Part shown: positions 17,824 to 26,864 of the stretch, piece by piece
How the letters are laid out: the number at the start of each line of letters is the position of its first letter
How positions within the stretch are numbered: position 1 is the stretch's first letter
Sequence record: PP129558
Origin: Escherichia phage vB_EcoM_01
Length of the DNA: 64,000 nt
Reading direction: 5' to 3' (one strand)
Position numbers and translations under genes: made by a program
Notes under the pieces: generated by a model
Databases searched by the model: none
The model's input: only the letters and a program-made list of their open reading frames with translations
Told to the model about the DNA's origin: nothing

Positions 17824-18624
17824 TTATTTGTTTAAGTGGTCTTCGACCATTTTAATGAAACCTTCATTGCTGAAGGCTGTTGCAGCTTTTTCTCGGTAAA
17901 CAAAAACTCCACGATCTTCATAGAGAAGTGTTTCTTCGTAATTAACTCCAGGGTTAACTACAACCATTTTTGTTCCGATGTTAAGAGCAGGAAAAAGCTC
18001 CCAGTTAAAATTGATAACTTGATTAGAGCAACCCACTACAATCACCATATCTTGAGCCGTCAAGCCGTCTAAGATGTGGTACATATCGTTATACAATGGG
18101 GCAGTCTCCCCAAAGAACACTACATTGGGCTTCACATACTTGTAATCATCTACATCGATAGCAGCATAGCCAACATCTTTGATGATTCTATTGTCTACGA
18201 TCACTTCAGGCAGGAAGCCGTGAACATGTAGAACATCTTCATGAACAACACCTGCTTGTTCCAGAAGATCATCTACGTTTGTCGTGATGTTGATAACACG
18301 ATCACAGCCGTACTCTTGGAACCACTCTGCGATCTGGTAATGCGCAGCGTTAGGAGACACACTATCCATCTCTACGCGACGTTTATTGTAGAAGTCATGA
18401 GTTTTACGGTAGAGGTTGTATCCCTCTGCATCTAATCCACCAACAGCGCCAGGAACACACTGTTCTTGCTGGTAGCCAGCACGGAAATTGAAAATATCGC
18501 ACACTTCAGAAAGGTCGTATTCATCCCACAAAGCTTTCCCACTATCTGTATCAGTGCGGAAAGTACGTACACCGCTATCGGCGCTTAGACCCGCGCCGCT
18601 GATCACTATTAATCGTCTTGGCAT
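17824..18624 (-). CDS. Sir2-family (sirtuin-like) NAD-binding protein without visible zinc-ribbon module
   Basis: ISGAGLSADSGVRTFR, TNVDDL, HG, VVFFGE, VVGCS motifs; GAGGAGG RBS. Confidence 0.7.
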   Translation of the reverse strand: MPRRLIVISGAGLSADSGVRTFRTDTDSGKALWDEYDLSEVCDIFNFRAGYQQEQCVPGAVGGLDAEGYNLYRKTHDFYNKRRVEMDSVSPNAAHYQIAEWFQEYGCDRVINITTNVDDLLEQAGVVHEDVLHVHGFLPEVIVDNRIIKDVGYAAIDVDDYKYVKPNVVFFGETAPLYNDMYHILDGLTAQDMVIVVGCSNQVINFNWELFPALNIGTKMVVVNPGVNYEETLLYEDRGVFVYREKAATAFSNEGFIKMVEDHLNK

Positions 18625-19112
18625 TCTTCCTCCTCATAATCATCATAATCTTCGTCATCCAAATCGTACACTTCGTCTTGAGAATAACTCACTTCAAAGT
18701 AAATATCAAACTCCGCAAACAAACGTAGAATGTTGGACATGCTGTAATAATTATCGTAGGCAGATTCAGCTTCATAGTAAACATAAAGCAAATGGTTAGC
18801 CTTATCATCTTCCAAATATTTCCCGTCTGCATACGCATAGTCTGCATATGCTTTACCTGCATCTTCCACAAGAGAACGATCAAGCAGAGTAGGAAATGGT
18901 TTCTCTTTTTCTTTTAGTTTGCTCACCAACCAGTGTGCAATATCATGCCAATCTGCATCCTCTCCGCTGAAGCAGCTTGCGACTTCGCCAAACTTGGCAT
19001 CTCCTAAGTCTCCGCTAATAGTGATCATGGTTGAACTATTGTAACCACAAGTCTCGCAATTTGAACAACTGTTGTGCACATGAATTTCTACTTGAAACAT
19101 ATTTCCTCCCAT
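18609..19112 (-). CDS. Hypothetical highly acidic protein, start-overlapped with Sir2-like gene
   Basis: D/E/Y-rich C-terminus; 16-nt overlap with downstream gene. Confidence 0.4.
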   Translation of the reverse strand: MGGNMFQVEIHVHNSCSNCETCGYNSSTMITISGDLGDAKFGEVASCFSGEDADWHDIAHWLVSKLKEKEKPFPTLLDRSLVEDAGKAYADYAYADGKYLEDDKANHLLYVYYEAESAYDNYYSMSNILRLFAEFDIYFEVSYSQDEVYDLDDEDYDDYEEEECQDD

Positions 19113-19114
19113 AA

Positions 19115-19145
19115 AAGAAAAGCCCCCTGAAACAGGAGGCTTTGT
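19115..19145 (-). terminator. Terminator-like hairpin on minus strand
   Basis: GCCTCCTG-TTTC-AGGGGGC + T-rich on minus strand. Confidence 0.45.
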
Positions 19146-19158
19146 TCAGATATCGGCA

Positions 19159-19771
19159 CTATACCAGACTTTCAAGGTATTTGTCAAGGGCTTCTTGATC
19201 ACCTTGACAAACATAGCAACGGAAGTCTTGAGCCGAAGGTTGTTTATTTTCATCCCAGTCCCAATAAACATTACCCTTATAACGTGAACCAGGAAACTCA
19301 AAAGAGGCTGTATGTGTAATGTATCCTGGGCCACCAGTGAAATCACAGAATGAGAATTGAGGATATGCCGCCTTTACTGCCTCAATAAACCAAGCTTTAC
19401 GATCTAAGGCTTCATTGATGCTATATGCATGTCTCTCCATTTCTTCCCAAGTTTTCCAGACACTTCTCTCATCAGGAGAAAAGACAAGCNATTCNGGANG
19501 NGNANNNAGNNGACTCCTCCAGTTTTGAGTAATCAAAAGCAGAATATACCCACCAACCATCCTCCAGTAAGGCTTTGATAGGGACGAAGCCTTTATCAGC
19601 ATATTGATCGAATTGTTTGACACGGTGGCTTGTGCAGTCTTCAAACTCACATTCTAAACGATATGCACCTTTTCGACGAGCCTCAAGACCGTGTGTACTG
19701 AAAATAACAACACTTCCTTCACCATCATTACGATCTACTTGATAAGCAACTACTGGTTTTGAATTTGACAT
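19159..19771 (-). CDS. Hypothetical protein (ORF interrupted by ambiguous bases at 19490-19512)
   Basis: Two table ORFs in same frame across N-containing stretch. Confidence 0.4.
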
Positions 19772-20454
19772 TATTTCTCCTTATCTAGAAGATTGTTAGA
19801 CAAAAACACGGCACGAGCAAAACCACGTGCGGTTAGGGATCTAAGTTGTTTTGTTTTTGCACTAGCTCCACCTAAGCTTTTCCAACCCCAGAAGCAGCCT
19901 ATATGATCTACTGGTTTCTTCACTGGTTGAACAAAACCATTGCCGTGCCAAATACAAGTTTTCTTTGTATACCCATCACGGGTAGGCATTTTAGGATGAA
20001 AGCTTCCTTCCTCTTCAAACAAATACTCACCATACTCATAAGGATCAAAGTAAAAATCGGGTTTACGCCATAAGGTTGAAAGTTTACCTACTGGGTTCTC
20101 AATCATCCAAGGAACATTATATTTGTTACCCAAAGCTTCCACTACACGAATATTAGCTAAAGCTTCATCCAATTCCTCTGTGCTGCGTTCGTGTTTGCTA
20201 CCACTACCTGCTAACATAGTGCAAGGTGGAAATCCAAAAATAATATCGGGTTTAGGTATCCCATGATCTTCAGGGTTGAATGTAGAATCTATCCAGGCAT
20301 TCACATAGGTTATGTTTGGGTGCTCCATCCTAACCTCGTATTTACCGTGATCCCCTTCATCAGCGTTTACACAAAAACACTTGTGACCTGCTTCGGCATA
20401 ACGTAACACCATGATCCCAGATCCGTCAAACATAGACAAAACTGTTTTACTCAT
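19771..20454 (-). CDS. Short DNA (cytosine-5)-methyltransferase-like protein
   Basis: FDGSG (motif I-like), GFPPC (motif IV-like), ENP (motif VI-like). Confidence 0.45.
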   Translation of the reverse strand: MSKTVLSMFDGSGIMVLRYAEAGHKCFCVNADEGDHGKYEVRMEHPNITYVNAWIDSTFNPEDHGIPKPDIIFGFPPCTMLAGSGSKHERSTEELDEALANIRVVEALGNKYNVPWMIENPVGKLSTLWRKPDFYFDPYEYGEYLFEEEGSFHPKMPTRDGYTKKTCIWHGNGFVQPVKKPVDHIGCFWGWKSLGGASAKTKQLRSLTARGFARAVFLSNNLLDKEK

Positions 20455-20860
20455 TACCCCTCCATTCAAGACAAGCCATAACTTTACGCCAATCACTTTC
20501 TGTAAGAAAAATCTCGTTTGCTTTCTTCCACAAATCTAAATCGTGAAGGGTTGGAATACGATATGTTAGTTCACAGAATCTATGCTCTGCTTCTGTAATA
20601 TAACCAAAATGCAGAGCCACATCGTGAAACCAACACCAACCATGCATCTCTCGAACAACATGGTCATGTTGAGACATTATTTTATGCCGTAAACCTAACC
20701 AACAAGGAACAGATACTTTAGTAGTCTTTAATCTGTGTTCAACAGTATTAGAGTATTCAATAATAGCTGTCAGTTTCAATCGTGCTTTTTCTAAATCCTC
20801 ATGCGTCACTTTGAAATAACTTTCTGAAAGATATCCACACATATTAATAACCTCCTTCAA
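20447..20860 (-). CDS. Hypothetical protein
   Basis: ORF. Confidence 0.4.
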   Translation of the reverse strand: MKEVINMCGYLSESYFKVTHEDLEKARLKLTAIIEYSNTVEHRLKTTKVSVPCWLGLRHKIMSQHDHVVREMHGWCWFHDVALHFGYITEAEHRFCELTYRIPTLHDLDLWKKANEIFLTESDWRKVMACLEWRGNE

Positions 20861-21785
20861 AAGGCTTTACTACATGTTGATTAGCTTTAAAACGTTCAAC
20901 ATAGTCGTTTTCGCCCATGTTTTCATATAGCTTAATAACAACATAAAAGTTTTCCCAAGCATATTCCCTAAACCAACCACTAGTGATGGATGTGCAGACT
21001 TTAGATAAAGCCATTATAAAACTTTGCTTAGGGGTTGGACCTCCGATCTCTTCACCGAAAGGAATTTGTGAACGTTCCAAAGCCAAAACACACGCTTCTT
21101 CATAAACACCTAACAGCCGCACATGTTTTGGTTGAGCAAAAAACTTTTCTTTGCTGGTCATAACTTCACTTCCATCTTTCATATAAGATTTATATGCTGG
21201 AGCATCCATTAACGCGATTGCTTCATGGATAGAATCATGATCATAAACATACGGAACCTCGTCACCTTTAAAGAACTCTTTACTTTTTACGTTTAAGTTC
21301 GGATGAGAGTAAGTGTATGTTTCTCTCTCACGCAACTCATAAATACTCTTAAGATTTTCTGGGATCTTTGCGCCCAGTGACCGCATGAAATGAATATCTT
21401 TCATAGTTTTAAAGAAGTGAGGACTATCCTTTTTAAAACGATGACTCATTTTAAGAAGGTAGAGCACATCTAAAGGAGCAACAACATGTCCAGCGTAAGT
21501 TCGACGAACATCATCAGAATCTTCACAATAACTAATCAAAGCTTCTGTGCTATCTCCTTGAGAAGCAATATCGTATTCCAAATGTGCACCAGCTATCATT
21601 TTGACATGGCCTTTGTTCCCTTTACGTTCTACAAGTTCAACAAACTCGTCTTGAGAGAACATTTTTGATAATTCTTCCCACTCTTGTTCTGTACACAGGT
21701 AATCTAAATCTACACAAGGGCGATACAAGTCTTTTCCCATGCCCATAGCATGAATTTGTAATGCACGGCTACCAATTAACACCAT
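20844..21785 (-). CDS. Hypothetical protein with N-terminal GS...DxD motif (possible nucleotidyltransferase fold)
   Basis: LIGSRA ... CVDLD near N-terminus; weak. Confidence 0.35.
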   Translation of the reverse strand: MVLIGSRALQIHAMGMGKDLYRPCVDLDYLCTEQEWEELSKMFSQDEFVELVERKGNKGHVKMIAGAHLEYDIASQGDSTEALISYCEDSDDVRRTYAGHVVAPLDVLYLLKMSHRFKKDSPHFFKTMKDIHFMRSLGAKIPENLKSIYELRERETYTYSHPNLNVKSKEFFKGDEVPYVYDHDSIHEAIALMDAPAYKSYMKDGSEVMTSKEKFFAQPKHVRLLGVYEEACVLALERSQIPFGEEIGGPTPKQSFIMALSKVCTSITSGWFREYAWENFYVVIKLYENMGENDYVERFKANQHVVKPFEGGY

Positions 21786-21845
21786 AATATTTCTCCTCTA
21801 TTGGTTGATAGGTTAAGTTTATCAAGCTTCCAGATTCCTGTCAAT

Positions 21846-21866
21846 AAAAAACCCGCCGAAGCGGGT
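21846..21866 (-). terminator. Rho-independent terminator on minus strand (CCCGC-TTCG-GCGGG + T6)
   Basis: Same stem as the plus-strand terminator at 17161. Confidence 0.6.
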
Positions 21867-21875
21867 TATTATTTA

Positions 21876-22148
21876 CTAACACATTGAGGAAGAAGAGATC
21901 CAAACACCTCTTGTGGTTAAACCATTTTCATCCAACTCTACACCATAATCTTCACAAATGAAATCAATATAGTGATCTGCGGCTGGCGTTCCTGTAGGGT
22001 AATAAGTTTCTCCGTTACCGTAGTCACCTATCCAAGCTTGTTCCTGAAACTGTTCACAAAGTTCTTCAATTTCCTTACGAAACTTTCTTTGTGCTTGTTC
22101 CATCTCTTTAACTTTCTTTTTTATCAGCAGTTCGCCTTCAGACTCCAC
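21876..22148 (-). CDS. Small acidic protein with C-terminal GVWISSSSMC tail
   Basis: ORF; tail shared with neighbours. Confidence 0.45.
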   Translation of the reverse strand: MESEGELLIKKKVKEMEQAQRKFRKEIEELCEQFQEQAWIGDYGNGETYYPTGTPAADHYIDFICEDYGVELDENGLTTRGVWISSSSMC

Positions 22149-22157
22149 AATCTCTCC

Positions 22158-22376
22158 TTAACAGCTACTACTGTGCCAAACGCCTTGAGAATTAACAACG
22201 AAACCATCATCACCTTCACCATAACAAGAAGAGGATTGCCAATCTTCAAAACAGATTGCGTCATCTTCTAAACTAAGACCAAAACCAGCATCTTCAGCTT
22301 CTTTTGTAAGTTCGTCCACCAAAGCCATAATAGCTTGGGCTTTTTCAGTTAATTCTTCAACATTACGATAACTCAT
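22158..22376 (-). CDS. Small acidic protein with internal WQSSSC and C-terminal GVWHSSSC
   Basis: ATG after GAGGAG RBS. Confidence 0.45.
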   Translation of the reverse strand: MSYRNVEELTEKAQAIMALVDELTKEAEDAGFGLSLEDDAICFEDWQSSSCYGEGDDGFVVNSQGVWHSSSC

Positions 22377-22684
22377 TAGTATTTCTCCTCTGGTTGGAAA
22401 ACGGAACGACAGGCCCACATAGAAGCTTCTTTCAACTTAGTCTTTGCTATTGAAATTTGGTCAAGGCGGGTGGATATATTGGTAGACTCTTCCAAATCTT
22501 CACAATCATCCAGTTCAGCCCACAATTCAGACATTAGAGCATCAAAGATTAATCCTAATCGAACTTCAGCATCTTTAATAGCATTCACTTTACCAATTTT
22601 GTCATCGGTATGCGGTTTATAACCTTTGATATCTTCGATTCCCACTTTACCTCCTATTAACAACTTAAAGAAGATGGATGCCAA
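22376..22684 (-). CDS. Hypothetical protein (weakly supported, overlaps neighbours)
   Basis: ORF only; no clear RBS. Confidence 0.3.
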   Translation of the reverse strand: MASIFFKLLIGGKVGIEDIKGYKPHTDDKIGKVNAIKDAEVRLGLIFDALMSELWAELDDCEDLEESTNISTRLDQISIAKTKLKEASMWACRSVFQPEEKY

Positions 22685-22854
22685 TTTGTTCCAGTATTCT
22701 CATTTTCATCTTCTGGATCATAATAACCACCCATCCCATATTCAGGGGAGAAACTGAAACCTTCACCAGTCTCGTCTGCTAACTGCTCTGCTTCCGCTAA
22801 AGCCTCATAAGCTGCTTTTACGGCTTCTTCTACTGTTTTAAACTTGGTCGTCAT
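22657..22854 (-). CDS. Small acidic protein with C-terminal NWHPSSLSC tail
   Basis: ORF; tail motif. Confidence 0.45.
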   Translation of the reverse strand: MTTKFKTVEEAVKAAYEALAEAEQLADETGEGFSFSPEYGMGGYYDPEDENENTGTNWHPSSLSC

Positions 22855-23128
22855 AAAATTTCTCCTCTCCTAAAGACATGTTGACATGAAATGCGCGGTA
22901 TGTAAATTCGTTGTCCGTTGTGTTAGAATAAAACTCAAATTGAACAACACCGTCTTGAGAAGACAAATACATGCCAATTTGAACTGTTCCTTCTGGTACC
23001 AGGTAAGCATACTCTGGGCGTAGTGTTACATTGTAAAAATAAAGTTCCCCAACACCCATTTCATCCCAAGCTTCCCAAGCGGTAACGAAGTTACTTTCAA
23101 AACTTGTTACTGATCCGAACTCTGCCAT
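22838..23128 (-). CDS. Hypothetical protein
   Basis: ORF. Confidence 0.4.
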   Translation of the reverse strand: MAEFGSVTSFESNFVTAWEAWDEMGVGELYFYNVTLRPEYAYLVPEGTVQIGMYLSSQDGVVQFEFYSNTTDNEFTYRAFHVNMSLGEEKFYDDQV

Positions 23129-23619
23129 AAAACCTCCTCAATCTTGTAGTTTGACTCCATCTCCAACACATTTCCACGAACGTCTCTCCGAAGAAAGGCA
23201 TAAGCTTTATTAGGTATTGTAGACTCATATTTAACCATATCTGGCACAGCAAAAGATACTACTACTCCTGCTGGGCTTCTGTCAAGAGCCTTATTAATAT
23301 TTCTAAGGATATCGTTAGCCAAGATTTCTGCCAATTCTCCAAGAACAGTTTCGGTTATATCTTTATATCCCATTAAATATTTGTTGATATCTTTCATCTC
23401 TGTATTGTTCAGAGTATAGTCCAAAGGATAGAAATTCAAAGCGGAGTCACTTTTATGTGTCCACATGAAATGCACCCGATCCGAGCAGAATCGTAACCCT
23501 CTACGAAGAATATCTTCTACAACAGGCAGAATTTCTTTTGTCACATCATTAACCATGTTGTAATCTAAGATTTCTGCCAAGTTTGTTCTTTGTTCACCAC
23601 GTTTACGTCTAGGAATCAC
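23107..23619 (-). CDS. Hypothetical protein
   Basis: ORF. Confidence 0.4.
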   Translation of the reverse strand: MIPRRKRGEQRTNLAEILDYNMVNDVTKEILPVVEDILRRGLRFCSDRVHFMWTHKSDSALNFYPLDYTLNNTEMKDINKYLMGYKDITETVLGELAEILANDILRNINKALDRSPAGVVVSFAVPDMVKYESTIPNKAYAFLRRDVRGNVLEMESNYKIEEVLWQSSDQ

Positions 23620-24187
23620 TTGTTATCGCCCTCATTACCAAAGGTCGTAGAAAATCGTAAATCTCTTGTTTTGTTTTCCCACGAATGTTTAAACAAGGAA
23701 CATTATTGGCTTTAGCTATCTTCCAAGCCGTAGCTGTTCCACCTTTTGCATCTCCATGTTTATCAGTATTAGCACAAGCCAACAAGAAACATGATGGAGC
23801 AGGATTCTCCAAATCTCTGCCTAACACTTGATGCACATTACGTTGGTGCAATTTTCTAGCACCCTGCTTAAGCTTTTCATAAGCTGGGTGAACATCTTTG
23901 ATCCATTGCACAGAGATAGCATAGTTCATTGTATCTGGTTTTGCAAGAACAATAACATCACCTGGAATCTGATTACCTTTGAAATTTTCCCAAGGAACAT
24001 AAATCTCCTTGTTAGTAGGATTTTCAGACTCTTGGACACCTGTTTCAAAAGCAGAATCACTACCCTCTGCCTTCCCAGACCGTAATTTAAACCCAAGGTT
24101 TGAAAGCCATTTCCCTATGCCTACCATCAAAGCCCACTCTTCTTCAGATATGTCCCTACTTCCAACTCCCGTATAGAACAGTTCTGC
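23609..24187 (-). CDS. DprA/SLOG-like Rossmann-fold protein
   Basis: GVGSR ... SGKAEGSDSAFETG ... GGTATAWKIA pattern; GAGGTG RBS. Confidence 0.4.
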   Translation of the reverse strand, partial: AELFYTGVGSRDISEEEWALMVGIGKWLSNLGFKLRSGKAEGSDSAFETGVQESENPTNKEIYVPWENFKGNQIPGDVIVLAKPDTMNYAISVQWIKDVHPAYEKLKQGARKLHQRNVHQVLGRDLENPAPSCFLLACANTDKHGDAKGGTATAWKIAKANNVPCLNIRGKTKQEIYDFLRPLVMRAITSDS

Positions 24188-24197
24188 CATAATCACC

Positions 24198-24506
24198 TCA
24201 ACAAGTAATTTCAAAAGGTGTATAGGGTTCCGTATTTCTCATGATCCAAGGACTGCTAGGATTGCTCGGATCATAAGGACCAAAAGGTTTTATGGTAGGT
24301 TGTGTTTCTTTCTTCTGAATCTCTTCAAAAATACGACGAAGTTCAGAATATTCTTGATCCACCATAAGATTCGGTGCATCTGATTCTACAGCTTGCAGGT
24401 TATCTTCCTTAAGAACAATCTCACGAACAAGATTAACATCTTCTGTTTCTAAGATAACTTCTTTACGGATATTACCTACACTTTGAATAATTGTAATCTT
24501 ATACAT
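24198..24506 (-). CDS. Hypothetical protein
   Basis: ORF. Confidence 0.4.
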   Translation of the reverse strand: MYKITIIQSVGNIRKEVILETEDVNLVREIVLKEDNLQAVESDAPNLMVDQEYSELRRIFEEIQKKETQPTIKPFGPYDPSNPSSPWIMRNTEPYTPFEITC

Positions 24507-25249
24507 TAATCCTCCTCAAGAGTTGAATAAAATTGAAGACCACCGTCCATATCGAAATAAGCAAATGTTAAGTTATTATTGAACACAGATCCAGTATCCA
24601 TATAAACACGATTCGCATTGATAATAGGTGTTTTTACATAAGAGTGTCCATGAAACACATAATCCACACCCATCACAACAGGAAGTTTCATTCCCTCTTT
24701 AGCACAGTCTACCATATCTCTGTCCCACATAAGTGCTTCAGCAAAACGGTTTTCCTGTGTTTTTGTCATCTTCGAAATGTATTCTGGAATATCTGTTACA
24801 GGGAGATATTCCAAAGAAGATGGATACCCACCATGAATAAACGCAAGTTTCATGCCTCTGTAGTTAACAATGAGAACAACAGGTAAATCTTCTGTCATCA
24901 TTGCTAAGGCTGTAGCTCCTTCTTCACCACATTCTTCAAAGACCGTATATCCTCCATTTTGATACCAACACTCGTAGTAGCTACGATCTCCTTCCAGCAT
25001 ACCTTTAATCATCATGTCTTCATGATTGCCACGAATAGCATAGCGATTGTGTTTACGAGTAAATTCTAAAACACAACGAAAGTTTTGCTTTCCACGGTCA
25101 GTAAGATCTCCTAGAGATACAACCACATCTGTATCTCGGATACCTAACTTTGCCTTTCCTTTTTCATACAAATTATAACAACCGTGTAGATCTCCAATTA
25201 TAAAAAGATCTTGATCGCTTTTAACAGTAATTTCTCTGTGTATGATCAC
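24506..25249 (-). CDS. Ser/Thr protein phosphatase (calcineurin-like metallophosphoesterase, PP-lambda type)
   Basis: GDLHGCY, GDLTDRG, GNHE motifs. Confidence 0.75.
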   Translation of the reverse strand: MIIHREITVKSDQDLFIIGDLHGCYNLYEKGKAKLGIRDTDVVVSLGDLTDRGKQNFRCVLEFTRKHNRYAIRGNHEDMMIKGMLEGDRSYYECWYQNGGYTVFEECGEEGATALAMMTEDLPVVLIVNYRGMKLAFIHGGYPSSLEYLPVTDIPEYISKMTKTQENRFAEALMWDRDMVDCAKEGMKLPVVMGVDYVFHGHSYVKTPIINANRVYMDTGSVFNNNLTFAYFDMDGGLQFYSTLEED

Positions 25250-25575
25250 TTATCCTCCTCAAAATCTAAGAAAATAAAAATATTCACCTTTCCTTCAATC
25301 TCTTGTTCTAAAACAAGATCGGCAAATTCTGCATAAGCTTTCTCTTCAACTTTTTCAATATGTTCTGCGGCATCTTTAAAAGGCGTATCCCCATCCACCT
25401 TTACTAATAAGAAAAGAGATCGCATTTCGACGTTTTTACTGTTACGAGGAAGGAAATCTACAGCTTCAACAATTCTCCAACCCAAATAGCCAGGGGTTTT
25501 ATGAATCTCCCCTAAATACTTTTCTAAGATTTTACGACCCTCGTCGATAAGGGCTTGTTCTGTAGTAATTTCCAT
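25246..25575 (-). CDS. Hypothetical protein
   Basis: ORF. Confidence 0.4.
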   Translation of the reverse strand: MEITTEQALIDEGRKILEKYLGEIHKTPGYLGWRIVEAVDFLPRNSKNVEMRSLFLLVKVDGDTPFKDAAEHIEKVEEKAYAEFADLVLEQEIEGKVNIFIFLDFEEDK

Positions 25576-25585
25576 TCCTTCCTCC

Positions 25586-26158
25586 TCAAATTATTAACGA
25601 AACCGCATGACTAAATCTTGGTTCAGATATAACCTCTGCTACAGTCACATATGTATCGTGCAGCCAAAAAGATTCTACTCTACAAACACAAATACCGTTG
25701 ATAATGAAATCTACACAGGCTTTATTATTTTCGCACACTTGTTGACTATAAACAACCCCTAAAGAGTCATAAAGTGATCTCACTGTTGCTACCATTTCAT
25801 CTGTTTCGTCTTCCTGTGAAACAAAGAAAACGAATACAGACAAGTTATTAGCGAAAGTATTGCTATTCTCTACTTCAACCGACTTACAAGGTAAAAAGGA
25901 GTAATATTTACCGTTAGGTATCAATTTCGCCTCAACCTGGTTAAGTATGCTTTGAGATGGTTTTGTTACATAAAAAAGATTTTCTGTTGGGTTTTCAACA
26001 TTACTCCTTACTATGCAACGAGTGGGGTTCGAAGGATCAAAAACATGATCGAAATCGACACACACAGGTAAGTTAACAACTTTAAACTTTTTGCTAAGAA
26101 TGCTTACTGCTGTAAAAATCAAACCAGCATTTATTTTGCCAGTGAAAGTTGAACGCAT
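25586..26158 (-). CDS. Hypothetical protein
   Basis: ATG after GAGGAG RBS; table ORF trimmed. Confidence 0.4.
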   Translation of the reverse strand: MRSTFTGKINAGLIFTAVSILSKKFKVVNLPVCVDFDHVFDPSNPTRCIVRSNVENPTENLFYVTKPSQSILNQVEAKLIPNGKYYSFLPCKSVEVENSNTFANNLSVFVFFVSQEDETDEMVATVRSLYDSLGVVYSQQVCENNKACVDFIINGICVCRVESFWLHDTYVTVAEVISEPRFSHAVSLII

Positions 26159-26172
26159 AACTACTCCTCGGA

Positions 26173-26367
26173 TCATTCTACCAAAGAGAATTCCGCCTCT
26201 TCCAGGTAGATTACAGACCTTGTTGCATGATATTTAACGCTCCAGAAATTACCTTCGCGCCGTAAAAGTATCTCATTCACATCAAGATTGCTTAGAAAAA
26301 CCATATAACTTAAAGCTTGTTGACGCGTTGAGAATTGTTTCTCTAAAAGTTCTTCTCCGCTCTGCAT
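26173..26367 (-). CDS. Hypothetical protein
   Basis: ORF. Confidence 0.35.
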   Translation of the reverse strand: MQSGEELLEKQFSTRQQALSYMVFLSNLDVNEILLRREGNFWSVKYHATRSVIYLEEAEFSLVE

Positions 26368-26412
26368 AATCCCTCCTTAAAATACTCCCTCCGAAAAGGG
26401 AGTATAAGTATA

Positions 26413-26616
26413 TCACGTAGTTGTTATGTTGTCTTCTTGGATTCTAGAATCCACTTCTGCAAACATATCTTCTGCACTGTAATTATTTCCAGTCCAGCGT
26501 GATAAAAGGATAGCACCAATCTCTTTTGCATGAGATTCGGACTCCGCATAAACGTTAGTCCCAGTGTCACCTTTTTTCTTTTCATGTGCATAAATGCAGT
26601 AATAATTGTAAGCCAT
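26413..26616 (-). CDS. Hypothetical protein
   Basis: ORF. Confidence 0.35.
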   Translation of the reverse strand: MAYNYYCIYAHEKKKGDTGTNVYAESESHAKEIGAILLSRWTGNNYSAEDMFAEVDSRIQEDNITTT

Positions 26617-26852
26617 TAATCTTCCCAGTCATTGCCCTCGGTAGAGTGAACTAAAGCTCGCACGATACCACCGTAATCTACTGCCTGATTTGCAGCATGT
26701 TCGGCATAAACTTCAATGGCTTTTTTGAAGAAAAGAGCAGTAGCTGCTTCAATATTATCCATTTCGCCATCTACGTCAGTAGAAAGTGAAAGGTTGAGGC
26801 TTTCATCTACTTCATCAAAATCAATAGCCACTGTCATAATTAGTTTACCCAT
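26616..26852 (-). CDS. Hypothetical acidic protein
   Basis: ORF. Confidence 0.35.
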   Translation of the reverse strand: MGKLIMTVAIDFDEVDESLNLSLSTDVDGEMDNIEAATALFFKKAIEVYAEHAANQAVDYGGIVRALVHSTEGNDWED

Positions 26853-26864
26853 AGTTCACACTCC

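Noticed and set aside
20447-20860. Possible HD-domain phosphohydrolase (SQHDHVV ... FHDVALH)
   Set aside because: The His/Asp spacing does not convincingly match the HD motif; left as hypothetical.
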